DNA of 64,000 nucleotides from Candidatus Latescibacterota bacterium (GCA_965116885.1 OZ220741.1:5376001-5440000), one strand, 5' to 3'; counted from the first letter of the stretch, positions 19,820 to 29,785 are shown. Translations and numbers: made by a program. Notes: generated from the sequence alone by a model not told the origin.

Positions 19820-20617
19820 ATGCGTGTGCGTTTGGGCGTGGTGTCATACTTAAACACGCGGCCACTGGTTGAGGAGTTGCGCACGGGCGCGATCGATCGC
19901 GATTTCGAACTGATCTACGACGTGCCCTCGCGATGCGCCGAACGGCTGCACATAGGCGAAACCGACGTGGCCTTAATCCCCGCTGTAGAAATTGGACGCG
20001 GACGAGACCCTTATCGGATTGTACCCAATGTCGGCATTATTTCAAACGGGCCGGTTGGCAGTGTATTTATCGCACTAAACAAAGAACCCGAAGAAATTCA
20101 AACACTTGCCCTGGATCGCGGATCGCGCACATCAGTCGTGCTCGCGCAGATCATCCTGGCGCGACAATTTGGCTGCCGACCACAGGTATTTTTTCATCCC
20201 CCAGATATAGACGCAATGCTCAAACGAGCCGATGCTGCTCTGTTGATAGGCGACCCTGCGCTGGCATTGCCCCACAAACGCTACCGAATCCTGGACCTGG
20301 GCGAAATTTGGACACAGATGACGGGATTGCCCTTTGTCTATGCCTGCTGGACTGGACGCCCCGATGCATTGACGCCATATCACATTGACAAACTGATCGA
20401 AGCCAAAGAAAAAGGCAAGCCCCTCATCCCAAACATCGCAAAAGACTACGCCGCTGAAACCCGCACCTTATCGCCCGCGTTTTATACCAAATATCTAACC
20501 AAAAATATCCTCTACGATTTGGGCGATACCGAACTGGAAGGCTTGAGGCAATTCTATGCTTATGGTGTAGAACTCGGATTGATGGACGCATTGCCAGATA
20601 TTCGTTTTTATATTTAA
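19820..20617 (+). CDS. mqnA: Chorismate dehydratase
   Basis: VSYLNTRPL, SRTSV, LLIGD, TGLPFVYA; context with mqnEC. Confidence 0.9.
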   Translation: MRVRLGVVSYLNTRPLVEELRTGAIDRDFELIYDVPSRCAERLHIGETDVALIPAVEIGRGRDPYRIVPNVGIISNGPVGSVFIALNKEPEEIQTLALDRGSRTSVVLAQIILARQFGCRPQVFFHPPDIDAMLKRADAALLIGDPALALPHKRYRILDLGEIWTQMTGLPFVYACWTGRPDALTPYHIDKLIEAKEKGKPLIPNIAKDYAAETRTLSPAFYTKYLTKNILYDLGDTELEGLRQFYAYGVELGLMDALPDIRFYI

Positions 20618-20620
20618 ATG

Positions 20621-20651
20621 ATAAAAACTCGGAGATAAGCCGAGTTTTTAT
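20621..20651 (+). terminator. Intrinsic terminator after mqnA
   Basis: ATAAAAACTCGG-N7-CCGAGTTTTTAT. Confidence 0.75.
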
Positions 20652-20676
20652 TTTATTCAAAACTGGAGAACTTGTG

Positions 20677-21927
20677 ATGCCCGAAAAAAACAAACCAATT
20701 CGCGTGGGCGTCGTCGGCGTGGGACGCGGGCGATCATTTATGCGGGCAGCAGCACCAACGGGAATGGAACTGGTTGCAATTTGCGATACCTGGGAAGAGC
20801 GACTAAGACCCGAAGGCAAAGCACTCGGAGTATCGACATATGGAGATTACCAGGCATTTTTGGAACACGATATGGATGCCGTAGTACTCGCCAATTATTT
20901 TCACGAACACGCGCCCTTTGCCGTCGAAGCACTGAACGCCGGAAAACACGTCATGAGCGAAACCGCTGCCTGCCATACATTGGGCGAAGGCGTCGCACTT
21001 GCGCGGGCGGTAGAGCGCAGTGGTAAAATTTATATGTTTGCCGAAAATTACCCCTACACGGCGTACAATCAGGAAATGAGGCGGCTCTACCAGAAAGGAC
21101 ACGTAGGGGAATTTAAATACGGAGAAGGCGAGTACGTACATCCCGATCCACCAGAAGTAAAATTGGGGCGCAGTTGCGGGCGCAATCACTGGCGCAACTG
21201 GATTCCCTCGACCTATTATTGCACACACTCGATTGCCCCCGTAATGTACATCACAGATACGCGCCCTGTGAAAGTGAACGGATTTGTCATCCCCTACGAT
21301 TTTGGGGACATGACCAAAACCCTGCACATGAACCGCGCGGATATGGCAGGCGTGATCATCTGCAGGATGGACAATGACGCCGTCATGAAATCCCTTCACG
21401 GCTCGTTGCGCGGGCACGGCAATTACGTCAGAATCCACGGCAACAGGGGCGTAATGGAAAACTGTCGCAACGGCGATAAATATCGGCTGCGCGTATGGAA
21501 AGAGCCGTGGGAAAAGCCAAAAGGAGAACCCGTGGAAACCGTTTACAGACCGGATTTCCCTGTGCATCACGACCGCGCAACACAAGCCGGGCATGGCGGC
21601 GGCGATTTCTTCACCAGCTACCATTTCGCCGAAGCGATTCGCACGGGCGAGCAACCCTACCTCGACGTATATCGCGGCATCGACATGAGCATCGCAGGCA
21701 TTCAAGCGTGGCGATCAGTACTCAGCGATTCGGCACCGATGGAAGTGCCCGATTTTCGTGACGAATCCATAAGAAAAAAATACGAGAGCGACGATTGGTC
21801 GCCCGATCCCACGCGCAAAAAACCGGGACAACCACCGAGCAGTATTCTCGGCGAAATCGAACCGTCCGATGGCGCCAAAGCACTGGCAAAAAAAGTTTGG
21901 GCAAGCCGGGGATACTTTGGACAATGA
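20677..21927 (+). CDS. Gfo/Idh/MocA oxidoreductase
   Basis: GVVGVGRG, GKHVMSE, YCTHS, GHGGGD. Confidence 0.88.
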   Translation: MPEKNKPIRVGVVGVGRGRSFMRAAAPTGMELVAICDTWEERLRPEGKALGVSTYGDYQAFLEHDMDAVVLANYFHEHAPFAVEALNAGKHVMSETAACHTLGEGVALARAVERSGKIYMFAENYPYTAYNQEMRRLYQKGHVGEFKYGEGEYVHPDPPEVKLGRSCGRNHWRNWIPSTYYCTHSIAPVMYITDTRPVKVNGFVIPYDFGDMTKTLHMNRADMAGVIICRMDNDAVMKSLHGSLRGHGNYVRIHGNRGVMENCRNGDKYRLRVWKEPWEKPKGEPVETVYRPDFPVHHDRATQAGHGGGDFFTSYHFAEAIRTGEQPYLDVYRGIDMSIAGIQAWRSVLSDSAPMEVPDFRDESIRKKYESDDWSPDPTRKKPGQPPSSILGEIEPSDGAKALAKKVWASRGYFGQ

Positions 21928-21937
21928 GGGTTTAGCC

Positions 21938-22330
21938 ATGATTGAAATAGCACAAGTAGTACTGGCAATTTACGGCATATTGTTAATTGTCGGAGGGATT
22001 ATTGGGAAGGCAAAATCCGGGAGTTCTGCATCCCTATTCGCAGGCGCAATCTGCGGTATTGTTGCACTCGTTGGATACTGGCAAAGCCTGAGCGATCCCG
22101 CTGTTGGATTTTTGACCGGCGGATTGGTCGGATTGTTGCTCACCGGCATTTTTATGAGCCGATTTGTCCGCACGCGAAAATTTATGCCCGCGGGATTGGT
22201 ACTCCTGCTCAGTCTTCTGGTGGGTATTTTGACAATGATGGCGAGACAGGAATACCTGCTCAATCAGGACAAACCAGTGGAAGAACTAACAAAAAAGGGC
22301 CAGGAACAATGTCCCTGGCCCAACGTCTGA
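21938..22330 (+). CDS. TMEM14-family small membrane protein
   Basis: GGIIGKAKSGSSASLFAG...RFVRTRKFMPAG; about 4 TM segments. Confidence 0.8.
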   Translation: MIEIAQVVLAIYGILLIVGGIIGKAKSGSSASLFAGAICGIVALVGYWQSLSDPAVGFLTGGLVGLLLTGIFMSRFVRTRKFMPAGLVLLLSLLVGILTMMARQEYLLNQDKPVEELTKKGQEQCPWPNV

Positions 22331-22348
22331 AGGGTCACAGCCTGAAAA

Positions 22349-22381
22349 TCAGGCGTTCACCTCCGAGTTAAAATGTTTCAC
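22349..22381 (-). other. Micro-ORF MKHFNSEVNA with a strong SD (peptide or gene remnant)
   Basis: AAAGGAGGT (22394-22386), 4 nt, GTG, 10 codons, TGA. Confidence 0.35.
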
Positions 22382-22547
22382 ATTAACCTCCTTTCGATAT
22401 GCGCAACTTCGCTTCCGGAAGGCGTTTTGCGCGGTGGATGCCAATATATCGGCAAACCGCACCAACCCGTTGGCCCGGTTACATAAACACCTGAATGGAT
22501 GCAGTTTTTCAGAAACGCAGTGTACTTTTATCGCGTCTTTTCCAACC

Positions 22548-22582
22548 AAAAACGCCTGAGCTATGACGCCCAGGCGTTTTTT
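22548..22582 (-). terminator. Terminator after the sigma-region-4 gene
   Basis: AAAAACGCCTG-N12-CAGGCGTTTTT. Confidence 0.8.
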
Positions 22583-22955
22583 AATTTGTAATGGCAATGC
22601 CGTGTTTGCGGCAGAGTTTGCGAAGTTTTTTCACAGCACCGCCTATGGATTTTCCATTTCGCGTAATGCCGAACAGATGCTGGCTGACCACCCTGCGCGA
22701 AATGCCCATAATCTCGGATATTTCCCGCTGGGTCTTGCCGTATTTGAAATACAAAACAGCAGCTTCAAATTGTCTTTGCGTAAGCGATTGATTTAAGAGC
22801 GTATCGATCTGCGGGAAGAGACGCCCAACCCGATCTTCATGTTTATAGCGCAAATTCTGGTCTTCGGGCGACTCGTACCACAGGCCAACATCATCCGGCA
22901 TCATTTCCAGGTCTGATTGATCTAATTGAACTTCCCAAAAATCAGGATTATACAT
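22581..22955 (-). CDS. Small sigma70 region-4 HTH protein
   Basis: LTQRQFEAAVLYFKYGKTQREISEIMGISRRVVSQHL; GGAGGAG upstream; no recognisable region 2. Confidence 0.8.
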   Translation of the reverse strand: MYNPDFWEVQLDQSDLEMMPDDVGLWYESPEDQNLRYKHEDRVGRLFPQIDTLLNQSLTQRQFEAAVLYFKYGKTQREISEIMGISRRVVSQHLFGITRNGKSIGGAVKKLRKLCRKHGIAITN

Positions 22956-23076
22956 ATGTCCGTTCGTCTCCTCCAGGGAATGAATATGTCGGGCGAAAAA
23001 CCACCATACATACCAGACCCGCGGCTCCGGAGGGACGATAAAACTGCGACGGACAGATAGTGAATGACCGAAGCAG

Positions 23077-23139
23077 CTATCTCACCGGAGGCGAACCGGG
23101 TATGTTATTAGTCGTAACTGCGAAAATTAAAGCCATCAT
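23077..23139 (-). other. Putative 20-aa leader peptide MMALIFAVTTNNIPGSPPVR
   Basis: GAAAGGGGG SD-like sequence, then ATG ATG...TAG, inside the leader of the sigma-r4 gene. Confidence 0.4.
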
Positions 23140-23181
23140 GTTGCCCCCTTTCAAATAGACATACGTAAACGATCACCCGCA

Positions 23182-23210
23182 ACACTACGGGAATCTCACT
23201 GCATTGTCAA
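23182..23210 (-). promoter_or_regulatory. sigma70 promoter of the sigma-r4 locus
   Basis: TTGACA-17 nt-TAGTGT. Confidence 0.55.
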
Positions 23211-23261
23211 GACATACCTCTTCGCCCTTACACCGGCATGGATGCACTTTTGCGCGCTCTA

Positions 23262-24593
23262 TCAAAAAGATTTTTTCTTTCTCAATTCATCCCACCAATC
23301 CATAAGCGCGCGAATGTGTTTTTCATAACCGCGATCTGTGGGATGATAATAGGTGCGGCCTCTCAAATTATCGGGAAAATATTCCTGATCAATATAGCCA
23401 TCCGGATCGTCATGTGCATATTGATACCCCTTGCCGTAATCGAGATCTTTCATAAGCTTTGTCGGCGCATTGCGAATATGCAGGGGCACGGGCAAATTGG
23501 GATGTTTCTCAACATCGGAAAGCGCGCTATTATACGCGGCATAAACGGCATTGCTCTTGGGAGCTGTCGCGAGATAAACCACCGCCTGAGCAATGGATAG
23601 ATCGCCCTCGGGACTGCCCAGAAAATCGTACGCCTCGCGGGCATTGAGCGCAACTTGCAAAGCGCGCGGATCAGCAGCACCCACATCTTCAGAAGCAAAG
23701 CGAATCATACGCCTCAAAATATAATGCGGATGCTCACCCGACGCCATCATACGCGCGAGCCAATACAGTGAGGCCTGTGGATCACTGCCGCGGAGACTCT
23801 TGTGAAAAGCCGAAATAATATTGTAGTGCTCTTCCCCTGTCTTATCGTAAAGATGAGCCTTGCGACCGAGAATTTCGCGCACCGTTTCGGGCGTGGGTTC
23901 GCAACCTGTAGCCTCAACAGCCGCAGCAACGGTTTCAAGCGCGTTGAGAGATCTGCGGGCATCGCCCTCCGCAGTTTCGGCAATGAGATCCAAAGCCTGG
24001 TCATCAATCTGCAAATCGGGAAACCCGTGTTCCGAATCGGCAATTGCGCGGTCCAGCACCTGGCGAATATGGGACGTATCGAGCAAATTGAGCACAAAAA
24101 CGCGCGTGCGTGAAAGCAGGGCTGAATTGACCTCAAAAGAAGGGTTCTCAGTAGTAGCACCAATAAGCGTAATAACACCATTCTCCACATGGGGCAGAAA
24201 AGCATCTTGCTGCGCCTTGTTAAAACGGTGAATCTCATCCACAAAAAAGATAGTGCGCTTACCCAAACGTCGCTCTTCTCGCGCCCGCGCAATAATCTCC
24301 CGCGCCTCCCGGATACCCGCAGTAACCGCGCTAAAAGACACAAATCGGCTCTCCGTCGTACCGGCAATAACCCGAGCCAGCGTCGTCTTGCCCGAACCCG
24401 GCGGACCCCAGAAAATCATGGACGGCAAGCGGTCGCTCTCGATAAGCACGCGAAGGGGCGCACCCGGTCCAACGAGATGATCCTGCCCCACAATATCGTC
24501 CAGCACCTGGGGACGCAGGCGCTCAGCCAGAGGCGCGTCTGCCATCTCCTGCTCGGCTTGCAACACGGGTTTAATAAAAAGGTCTTCATTCAT
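23262..24593 (-). CDS. rarA: Replication-associated recombination protein A (MgsA/RarA)
   Basis: PLAERLRP, WGPPGSGKT, DEIHRFNKAQQD, ATTENPSF, SAFHKSLRGSD, ASEDVG. Confidence 0.95.
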   Translation of the reverse strand: MNEDLFIKPVLQAEQEMADAPLAERLRPQVLDDIVGQDHLVGPGAPLRVLIESDRLPSMIFWGPPGSGKTTLARVIAGTTESRFVSFSAVTAGIREAREIIARAREERRLGKRTIFFVDEIHRFNKAQQDAFLPHVENGVITLIGATTENPSFEVNSALLSRTRVFVLNLLDTSHIRQVLDRAIADSEHGFPDLQIDDQALDLIAETAEGDARRSLNALETVAAAVEATGCEPTPETVREILGRKAHLYDKTGEEHYNIISAFHKSLRGSDPQASLYWLARMMASGEHPHYILRRMIRFASEDVGAADPRALQVALNAREAYDFLGSPEGDLSIAQAVVYLATAPKSNAVYAAYNSALSDVEKHPNLPVPLHIRNAPTKLMKDLDYGKGYQYAHDDPDGYIDQEYFPDNLRGRTYYHPTDRGYEKHIRALMDWWDELRKKKSF

Positions 24594-24721
24594 GGGTCTC
24601 ACCTCTCGCAGAATATACTCAGATTCCCCTACTTTCGCCAATACTCGGAAAAGTGCTTGTAGATGCGACTGGATTCGCTATTTTGAAGCCTACTCTCCCA
24701 TCCCAATCATGAAAGGACCTT

Positions 24722-26929
24722 ATGATAGAAAAACCCGACATGACAGAGGAACAAATTCGCAGCTATTACGGCTGGGCAGAAATCGATCCAGACCGGGCGG
24801 TTATCGCCGGTGAAACGGGCACATGGCGCATTGTATATCACGCGGGCAAATACGGAATAGACGATGGCGGCGTAATCAAAATCGCCTGGCGCGACGTAAG
24901 CGACTGGCAGCGACCGCAATTTGACGACCCCGCCGCGCCTGCTTATGCATCGGTCTCGACCACGGGACCGGCGACCTTAAAAGCCGTATTTGACAGACAG
25001 CGCTATATTCGACCGTGGCGATATTGCGTGACCATTGATGTATTTGACGACTCATTGTCCGAAGGCGACACCATAACACTAATATTGGGGGACACATCCG
25101 GCGGAAGTCCGGGCAGCCGCGCCCAAACCTTTTGCAAAGATGCATTTGAATTTCGCGTATCGGTTGACTGGTGCGGCACATGGGTATATACAGAAGTACC
25201 ATCCCCCAAAGTACCAATCGTGAGCGGTGCGCCCAATAACCTCGTCGTACTGGGACCTTCTGAAACAACCCCGGGGAAAACCACCTGGATCGGAGTAAAA
25301 GCCGAAGATGTGTGGGGCAACCCGTGTGCAGAATACAGAGGCACGGTAAAAATCGATGCAGATGGACTGGACGGATTACCCGAAACTTATGCATTTCAGC
25401 CAGAGCATCACGGCGTCATGCGATTTGAAAATGTGGTAGCCCCCACAACGGGCATTTATCGCGTACAGGTTAGAGATGAAAACAGTGGCATTGAGGCAGA
25501 ATGCAATCCACTAATATGCATTGAAACGCGCAAAGGCGCGCAACCCTTTTGGGGAGACCTGCACGGACAAAGCGAAGAAACAGTGGGAACAAATCCGGTC
25601 TCATCCTACTTTCGCTTTGCACGAGAAAAAGCGTGGATGGATTTTGCGGGACATCAGGGAAATGACTTTCAAATTACAGAAGCAATCTGGAATGAAATCA
25701 AACACCAGGCCAACACACAAAATACTGCGGGCAAATTCGCGGCCTTTGTCGGTTGGGAATGGTCGGGCAACACGCCTTCAGGCGGCGATCACAACGTCTA
25801 TTATCCCGGTGACGATGGCCCATTGCACCGCTCCAGCCATGTCCTCATCGAAGACAAATCAGATATAGATACAGATTGCCAGCACATAACCGACCTCTAC
25901 CGCGCGCTCAAGGGAAAAGACGCGCTACTAATACCGCACGTGGGCGGGCGCTATGCCAACCTGACCTGGCACGACCCAAACCTGGAGACCGTAATCGAGG
26001 TTTTATCCGAATGGGGCGAATTTGAATGGTTCTTAAAAGAAGCCCTTGAAAAAGGCTATCGAGTGGGATTCACCTGTGGCAGTGACGACCACAAAGGCCG
26101 CCCGGGCGCCGCGCATCCGGGCAGTGGCGCATTCGGCATCTACGGCGGCATCACCTGCGTATATGCAAAAGAATTGACGCGAAAAGGCATCTGGGAAGCG
26201 ATAAAAACAAGGCGGTGTTACGGCACCAGTGGACAGCGCATCCTCATAGACGTCACCGTAGGTGGACAGCCCATGGGATCGGACCTCGCAACAAATACAC
26301 CTCCCGAAATCGCAGTCAATGTCTGGGGCACAGCACCAATAGAAAAAGTAGATATCTTCAGAGGCACGGAAATCATCTACACACACCCCCAAACCATTCC
26401 CCGACATCAAACAGACATACGCATTGCGTGGTCCGGGCAGCGCATTCGGGCGCGCAACCGACTCGTGCGCTGGGATGGCGAAGTAACAATAGACAAAGGG
26501 AGAATCACAGACGCCAGAGGCTTTGCCTTTGATTCCGCATCCGAAGGCATCCAATCAGCCAGCGACCAATCGGTAACCTGGACATCGGTGACAACCGGCG
26601 ATGCAGACGGCATCATATTAACCCTGGACGCTCCGCCCGATGCAACACTCAAATTTGGAACACCCGTCTTGTCGCAAGCGTTAAAACTTACAGAAATCGC
26701 ACAAAGACCAGTTGTAATCGACGCAGGTGGAATTGATATGCAAGTCGTATTTGAACAAATGCCCACAGGCATTGGACGAGACATCGCATTTACCCATACC
26801 GAAAACCAGTTGCATCCCGGCTGCCATCCCTATTGGGTGCGCGTAACGCAAATCGATGGCGGGAAAGCGTGGGTGAGTCCGGTATATGTGAAGTGTGATC
26901 CGCAGATGAACGCAGATGAACGCAGATGA
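24722..26929 (+). CDS. DUF3604-family protein (PHP-like metal hydrolase)
   Basis: WGDLHGQS, GHQGNDFQ, EWSG...GGDHNV, GSDDHKGRPG, RRCYGTSG, AWVSP. Confidence 0.8.
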   Translation: MIEKPDMTEEQIRSYYGWAEIDPDRAVIAGETGTWRIVYHAGKYGIDDGGVIKIAWRDVSDWQRPQFDDPAAPAYASVSTTGPATLKAVFDRQRYIRPWRYCVTIDVFDDSLSEGDTITLILGDTSGGSPGSRAQTFCKDAFEFRVSVDWCGTWVYTEVPSPKVPIVSGAPNNLVVLGPSETTPGKTTWIGVKAEDVWGNPCAEYRGTVKIDADGLDGLPETYAFQPEHHGVMRFENVVAPTTGIYRVQVRDENSGIEAECNPLICIETRKGAQPFWGDLHGQSEETVGTNPVSSYFRFAREKAWMDFAGHQGNDFQITEAIWNEIKHQANTQNTAGKFAAFVGWEWSGNTPSGGDHNVYYPGDDGPLHRSSHVLIEDKSDIDTDCQHITDLYRALKGKDALLIPHVGGRYANLTWHDPNLETVIEVLSEWGEFEWFLKEALEKGYRVGFTCGSDDHKGRPGAAHPGSGAFGIYGGITCVYAKELTRKGIWEAIKTRRCYGTSGQRILIDVTVGGQPMGSDLATNTPPEIAVNVWGTAPIEKVDIFRGTEIIYTHPQTIPRHQTDIRIAWSGQRIRARNRLVRWDGEVTIDKGRITDARGFAFDSASEGIQSASDQSVTWTSVTTGDADGIILTLDAPPDATLKFGTPVLSQALKLTEIAQRPVVIDAGGIDMQVVFEQMPTGIGRDIAFTHTENQLHPGCHPYWVRVTQIDGGKAWVSPVYVKCDPQMNADERR

Positions 26930-26940
26930 ACGCAGATGAA
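26901..26940. repeat. Tandem repeat (CGCAGATGAA)x4
   Basis: Four exact 10-mers overlapping the DUF3604 stop codon. Confidence 0.95.
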
Positions 26941-26967
26941 AAAGAAACATAAAAACAGGAGATATAA

Positions 26968-27939
26968 ATGAACGAATATGCAGTCACATTCACCGAACGC
27001 GAAACCGCAAAATTGTTACCAGTTGAAATCGACACAGACGCGATCGGTGCAGACGAAGTCGCGGGTCATACCCTTGCAACCCTCATCAGCGCGGGCACGG
27101 AATTAAACAGCGGGTATCTCGGCAACAATTTTCCCAGACAATCGGGGTACGCAGCGGCATTCAAAGTAGAAAAAGTGGGAGAAAATGTCGCGGACATTTC
27201 CCCGGGCGACCTCGTCTTCTGCCCGGGCAATCACGCATCCTACCAGCGAAAACCAGCCTCACAGGTCATTCGCCTGCCCGACAACCTCACGCCAGAAACA
27301 GCTGTATTTGCCCGCATGATGGGTGTCTCAATGACCACCCTCACAACCACCTCGGCGCGGCCACCTGCCAAAATTCTCATCACTGGACTCGGCCTCGTTG
27401 GCCATCTCGCAGCCAAAAACTTTCAAGCCTGTGGCTACGAAGTCTATGCCAGTGACCCGGTCACATCGCGGCGACAAATTGCCTCGGAGACGGGAATTCA
27501 CAATGTACTGGATGCCGTGCCATCGGAAAATTCCGACCTCTCGGGCCAATTCCACCTCGCCATTGAATGCTCGGGGCACGAACAGGCTCTGCTCGATGCG
27601 GCAGGCGCCGTGAGAAAACGCGCCGAAGTCGTCTGCATTGCCTCTCCCTGGCGCCGATACACGGACTTGCTCATACACGACTTGCACCGCCTCATCTTCT
27701 TTAACTACGTCACCATACGCAGCGGCTGGGAATGGGAACTCCCGCGCCAACCGGAAGACTTTCGCACCAACAGCGTCTTTGAAAACTTTGCCGGTGCCCT
27801 CAAATGGTTGGCCGAGGACCGCGTCAACGTCGATAACATCTACACAAAATACGATCCCGAAAGGTGCCAGCAAGCATATCAGGACCTTTTGCACAAAAAA
27901 ACCGAACGCCTCGCGGTCGTCTTCGACTGGACGACTTGA
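26968..27939 (+). CDS. MDR/zinc-binding alcohol dehydrogenase-like oxidoreductase
   Basis: ISAGTEL, GY, ITGLGLVG, IECSG. Confidence 0.82.
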   Translation: MNEYAVTFTERETAKLLPVEIDTDAIGADEVAGHTLATLISAGTELNSGYLGNNFPRQSGYAAAFKVEKVGENVADISPGDLVFCPGNHASYQRKPASQVIRLPDNLTPETAVFARMMGVSMTTLTTTSARPPAKILITGLGLVGHLAAKNFQACGYEVYASDPVTSRRQIASETGIHNVLDAVPSENSDLSGQFHLAIECSGHEQALLDAAGAVRKRAEVVCIASPWRRYTDLLIHDLHRLIFFNYVTIRSGWEWELPRQPEDFRTNSVFENFAGALKWLAEDRVNVDNIYTKYDPERCQQAYQDLLHKKTERLAVVFDWTT

Positions 27940-28053
27940 GATCCGCAGTTAGACACAACCTTAAAAATAAGGAGATGACAGCCAAATAGCTCCGAGTTTG
28001 TTTTCCACAGTTTCACTCTTAGAGCCGGGGGAACTCTTACAAGGAGGGTTGTC

Positions 28054-29760
28054 ATGTCGAGATGTATTCGCAGTATAGTCGCCGTCTCACTCGCCGCAGG
28101 CGTGATATTGAGCTGTGGTAGCGAGCGCGTGACCCAGTCGCAGGTGGCAAATGAACAGGTCGGACAGCCATTGAGCAAATTGGCTGCGGACCACCATACA
28201 TCATCTGCTATGGTGATGGCTACTTTGCGACAGGATGACGCGCCCGTAAGCGATGCCACAGTCGAATTTTCGCGTTCTATTGCGGGTCAGGTTCCGGATT
28301 ACGCATGGTCTGGGATCACCGATGACAATGGTCAGGCGCGCGTGGAAATTATGTCACAAAATGTGACGGGTTATTACCAGGCACGCGCCATAAAGGACGG
28401 GAATACAATCGGTTCCTGGTCGAGCATACCAATTAACGGAGGTTATGAAATAATGCTCGACTTGCCCGTTGGAGGAAAAGCACAGGTGATGGGTTCGACC
28501 CCAATAAGACCAGGGGAGCCACCAACCCAATTCACCGTGCGTATTGAGAACATCTCACCCACTTTTCCCTTTATAGGGAGCGGAGCCTTTGCCGTACCAT
28601 TGGGCGCAGATGGTCCCGGTCCACTCCCGCCAGGTCAGTCTTATGGATTCTCGTTTGAAGCACCGCCGGGAACCAAATTGTCCTTTGCCACGATGTTTGT
28701 GCAATCCAACGATCTATTCTATGCCCCCGATGAAGATGGCATCGCGCTTTGGGATGATGCGGGCAACAGAACATCGGGCGATGTAACGGATCAGATCATG
28801 TTGTGGGATTCGGGCACAGAAGTAAATCAACCCATCGGCACGGGTGCAGATCAGGCCCCGCGTCAAAGCGGTGCAAACACGGGCGCGGCTGACGAAGATA
28901 ACACCGTCCGCATCATCATGGGCGACGACATTCCCGCAGTTGACAGCGTAATCCGCGTAACAATCACGCCGTCAGAAGATTCCGCTACGGGTTTTGGCGT
29001 ACAAATTGAGAATGTGTGGACCGGAGAGCAGCCGCAACTACTGGCACCGGGTGTATTTGTTATCCATACGACGCCTGCGCCGCTATTCACATCGGGTTCC
29101 CCCGATACAGGCATGGGCCTCGAAGCACTCGCCGAAGATGGAAATCCGGGGGGCCTGGCAGAGGCTTTGAGCATACACACAGGCGTGACCGGGATACTGG
29201 CACCGGGTGTATTTGTCGTGCATAAGGAATCTGGCGTATTGTTCACATCGGGTTCGCCCGATACGGGCATGGGCCTCGAAGCACTCGCCGAAGATGGAAA
29301 CCCGGGCGGCCTCGCGGAGATGTTGAGCATGCACACTGGTATGATGGGAATACAGGCGTCGGGCGCGTTTGCCGTACCCGAAGGTGCAGATGGTCCCGGA
29401 CCTGTGCCCCCTGGCGGCGCGTATGTCTTTAGCTTCAGCGCATCATCAGGCGCACGTCTGTCCTTTGCCACGATGTTTGTCCACTCCAACGACCTGTTCT
29501 TTGCCCCCGACGAGGAAGGTATTCCCCTCTTTGGAGCGGATGGATCGGCAATGATGGGCGATATCACATCAATGATCCAATTGTGGTATGCCGGAACAGA
29601 GATCAACCAACCCCTCGGTGTTGGCCTCGACCAGGCACCGCGTCAGTCTGGCCCCAACACGGGCGCGCCAGATCCAGACAATACCGTGCGCCTTGCCACA
29701 GGCGACCACATCCCCGCGGTTGGCAACATCATCCGCGTGACGATCACGCCGGGCAATTAA
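28054..29760 (+). CDS. Lipoprotein with duplicated spondin_N-like domains
   Basis: Lipobox ILSC; two copies each of SFATMFV(Q/H)SNDLF, DQAPRQSG and APGVFV.H...LEALAEDG. Confidence 0.8.
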   Translation: MSRCIRSIVAVSLAAGVILSCGSERVTQSQVANEQVGQPLSKLAADHHTSSAMVMATLRQDDAPVSDATVEFSRSIAGQVPDYAWSGITDDNGQARVEIMSQNVTGYYQARAIKDGNTIGSWSSIPINGGYEIMLDLPVGGKAQVMGSTPIRPGEPPTQFTVRIENISPTFPFIGSGAFAVPLGADGPGPLPPGQSYGFSFEAPPGTKLSFATMFVQSNDLFYAPDEDGIALWDDAGNRTSGDVTDQIMLWDSGTEVNQPIGTGADQAPRQSGANTGAADEDNTVRIIMGDDIPAVDSVIRVTITPSEDSATGFGVQIENVWTGEQPQLLAPGVFVIHTTPAPLFTSGSPDTGMGLEALAEDGNPGGLAEALSIHTGVTGILAPGVFVVHKESGVLFTSGSPDTGMGLEALAEDGNPGGLAEMLSMHTGMMGIQASGAFAVPEGADGPGPVPPGGAYVFSFSASSGARLSFATMFVHSNDLFFAPDEEGIPLFGADGSAMMGDITSMIQLWYAGTEINQPLGVGLDQAPRQSGPNTGAPDPDNTVRLATGDHIPAVGNIIRVTITPGN

Positions 29761-29785
29761 CCAATCACGCAGCAAACATATCACA

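Noticed and set aside
22349..22450. tmRNA tag-like reading frame
   Set aside because: No tRNA-like ends, and the peptide lacks the usual AA-type terminus.
22349..22597. 82-aa ORF downstream of the sigma-r4 gene
   Set aside because: It crosses a terminator and has no SD at its start; only the last 10 codons have a credible SD.
26901..26940. CRISPR array
   Set aside because: 10-bp tandem units with no spacers; no cas genes in the window.
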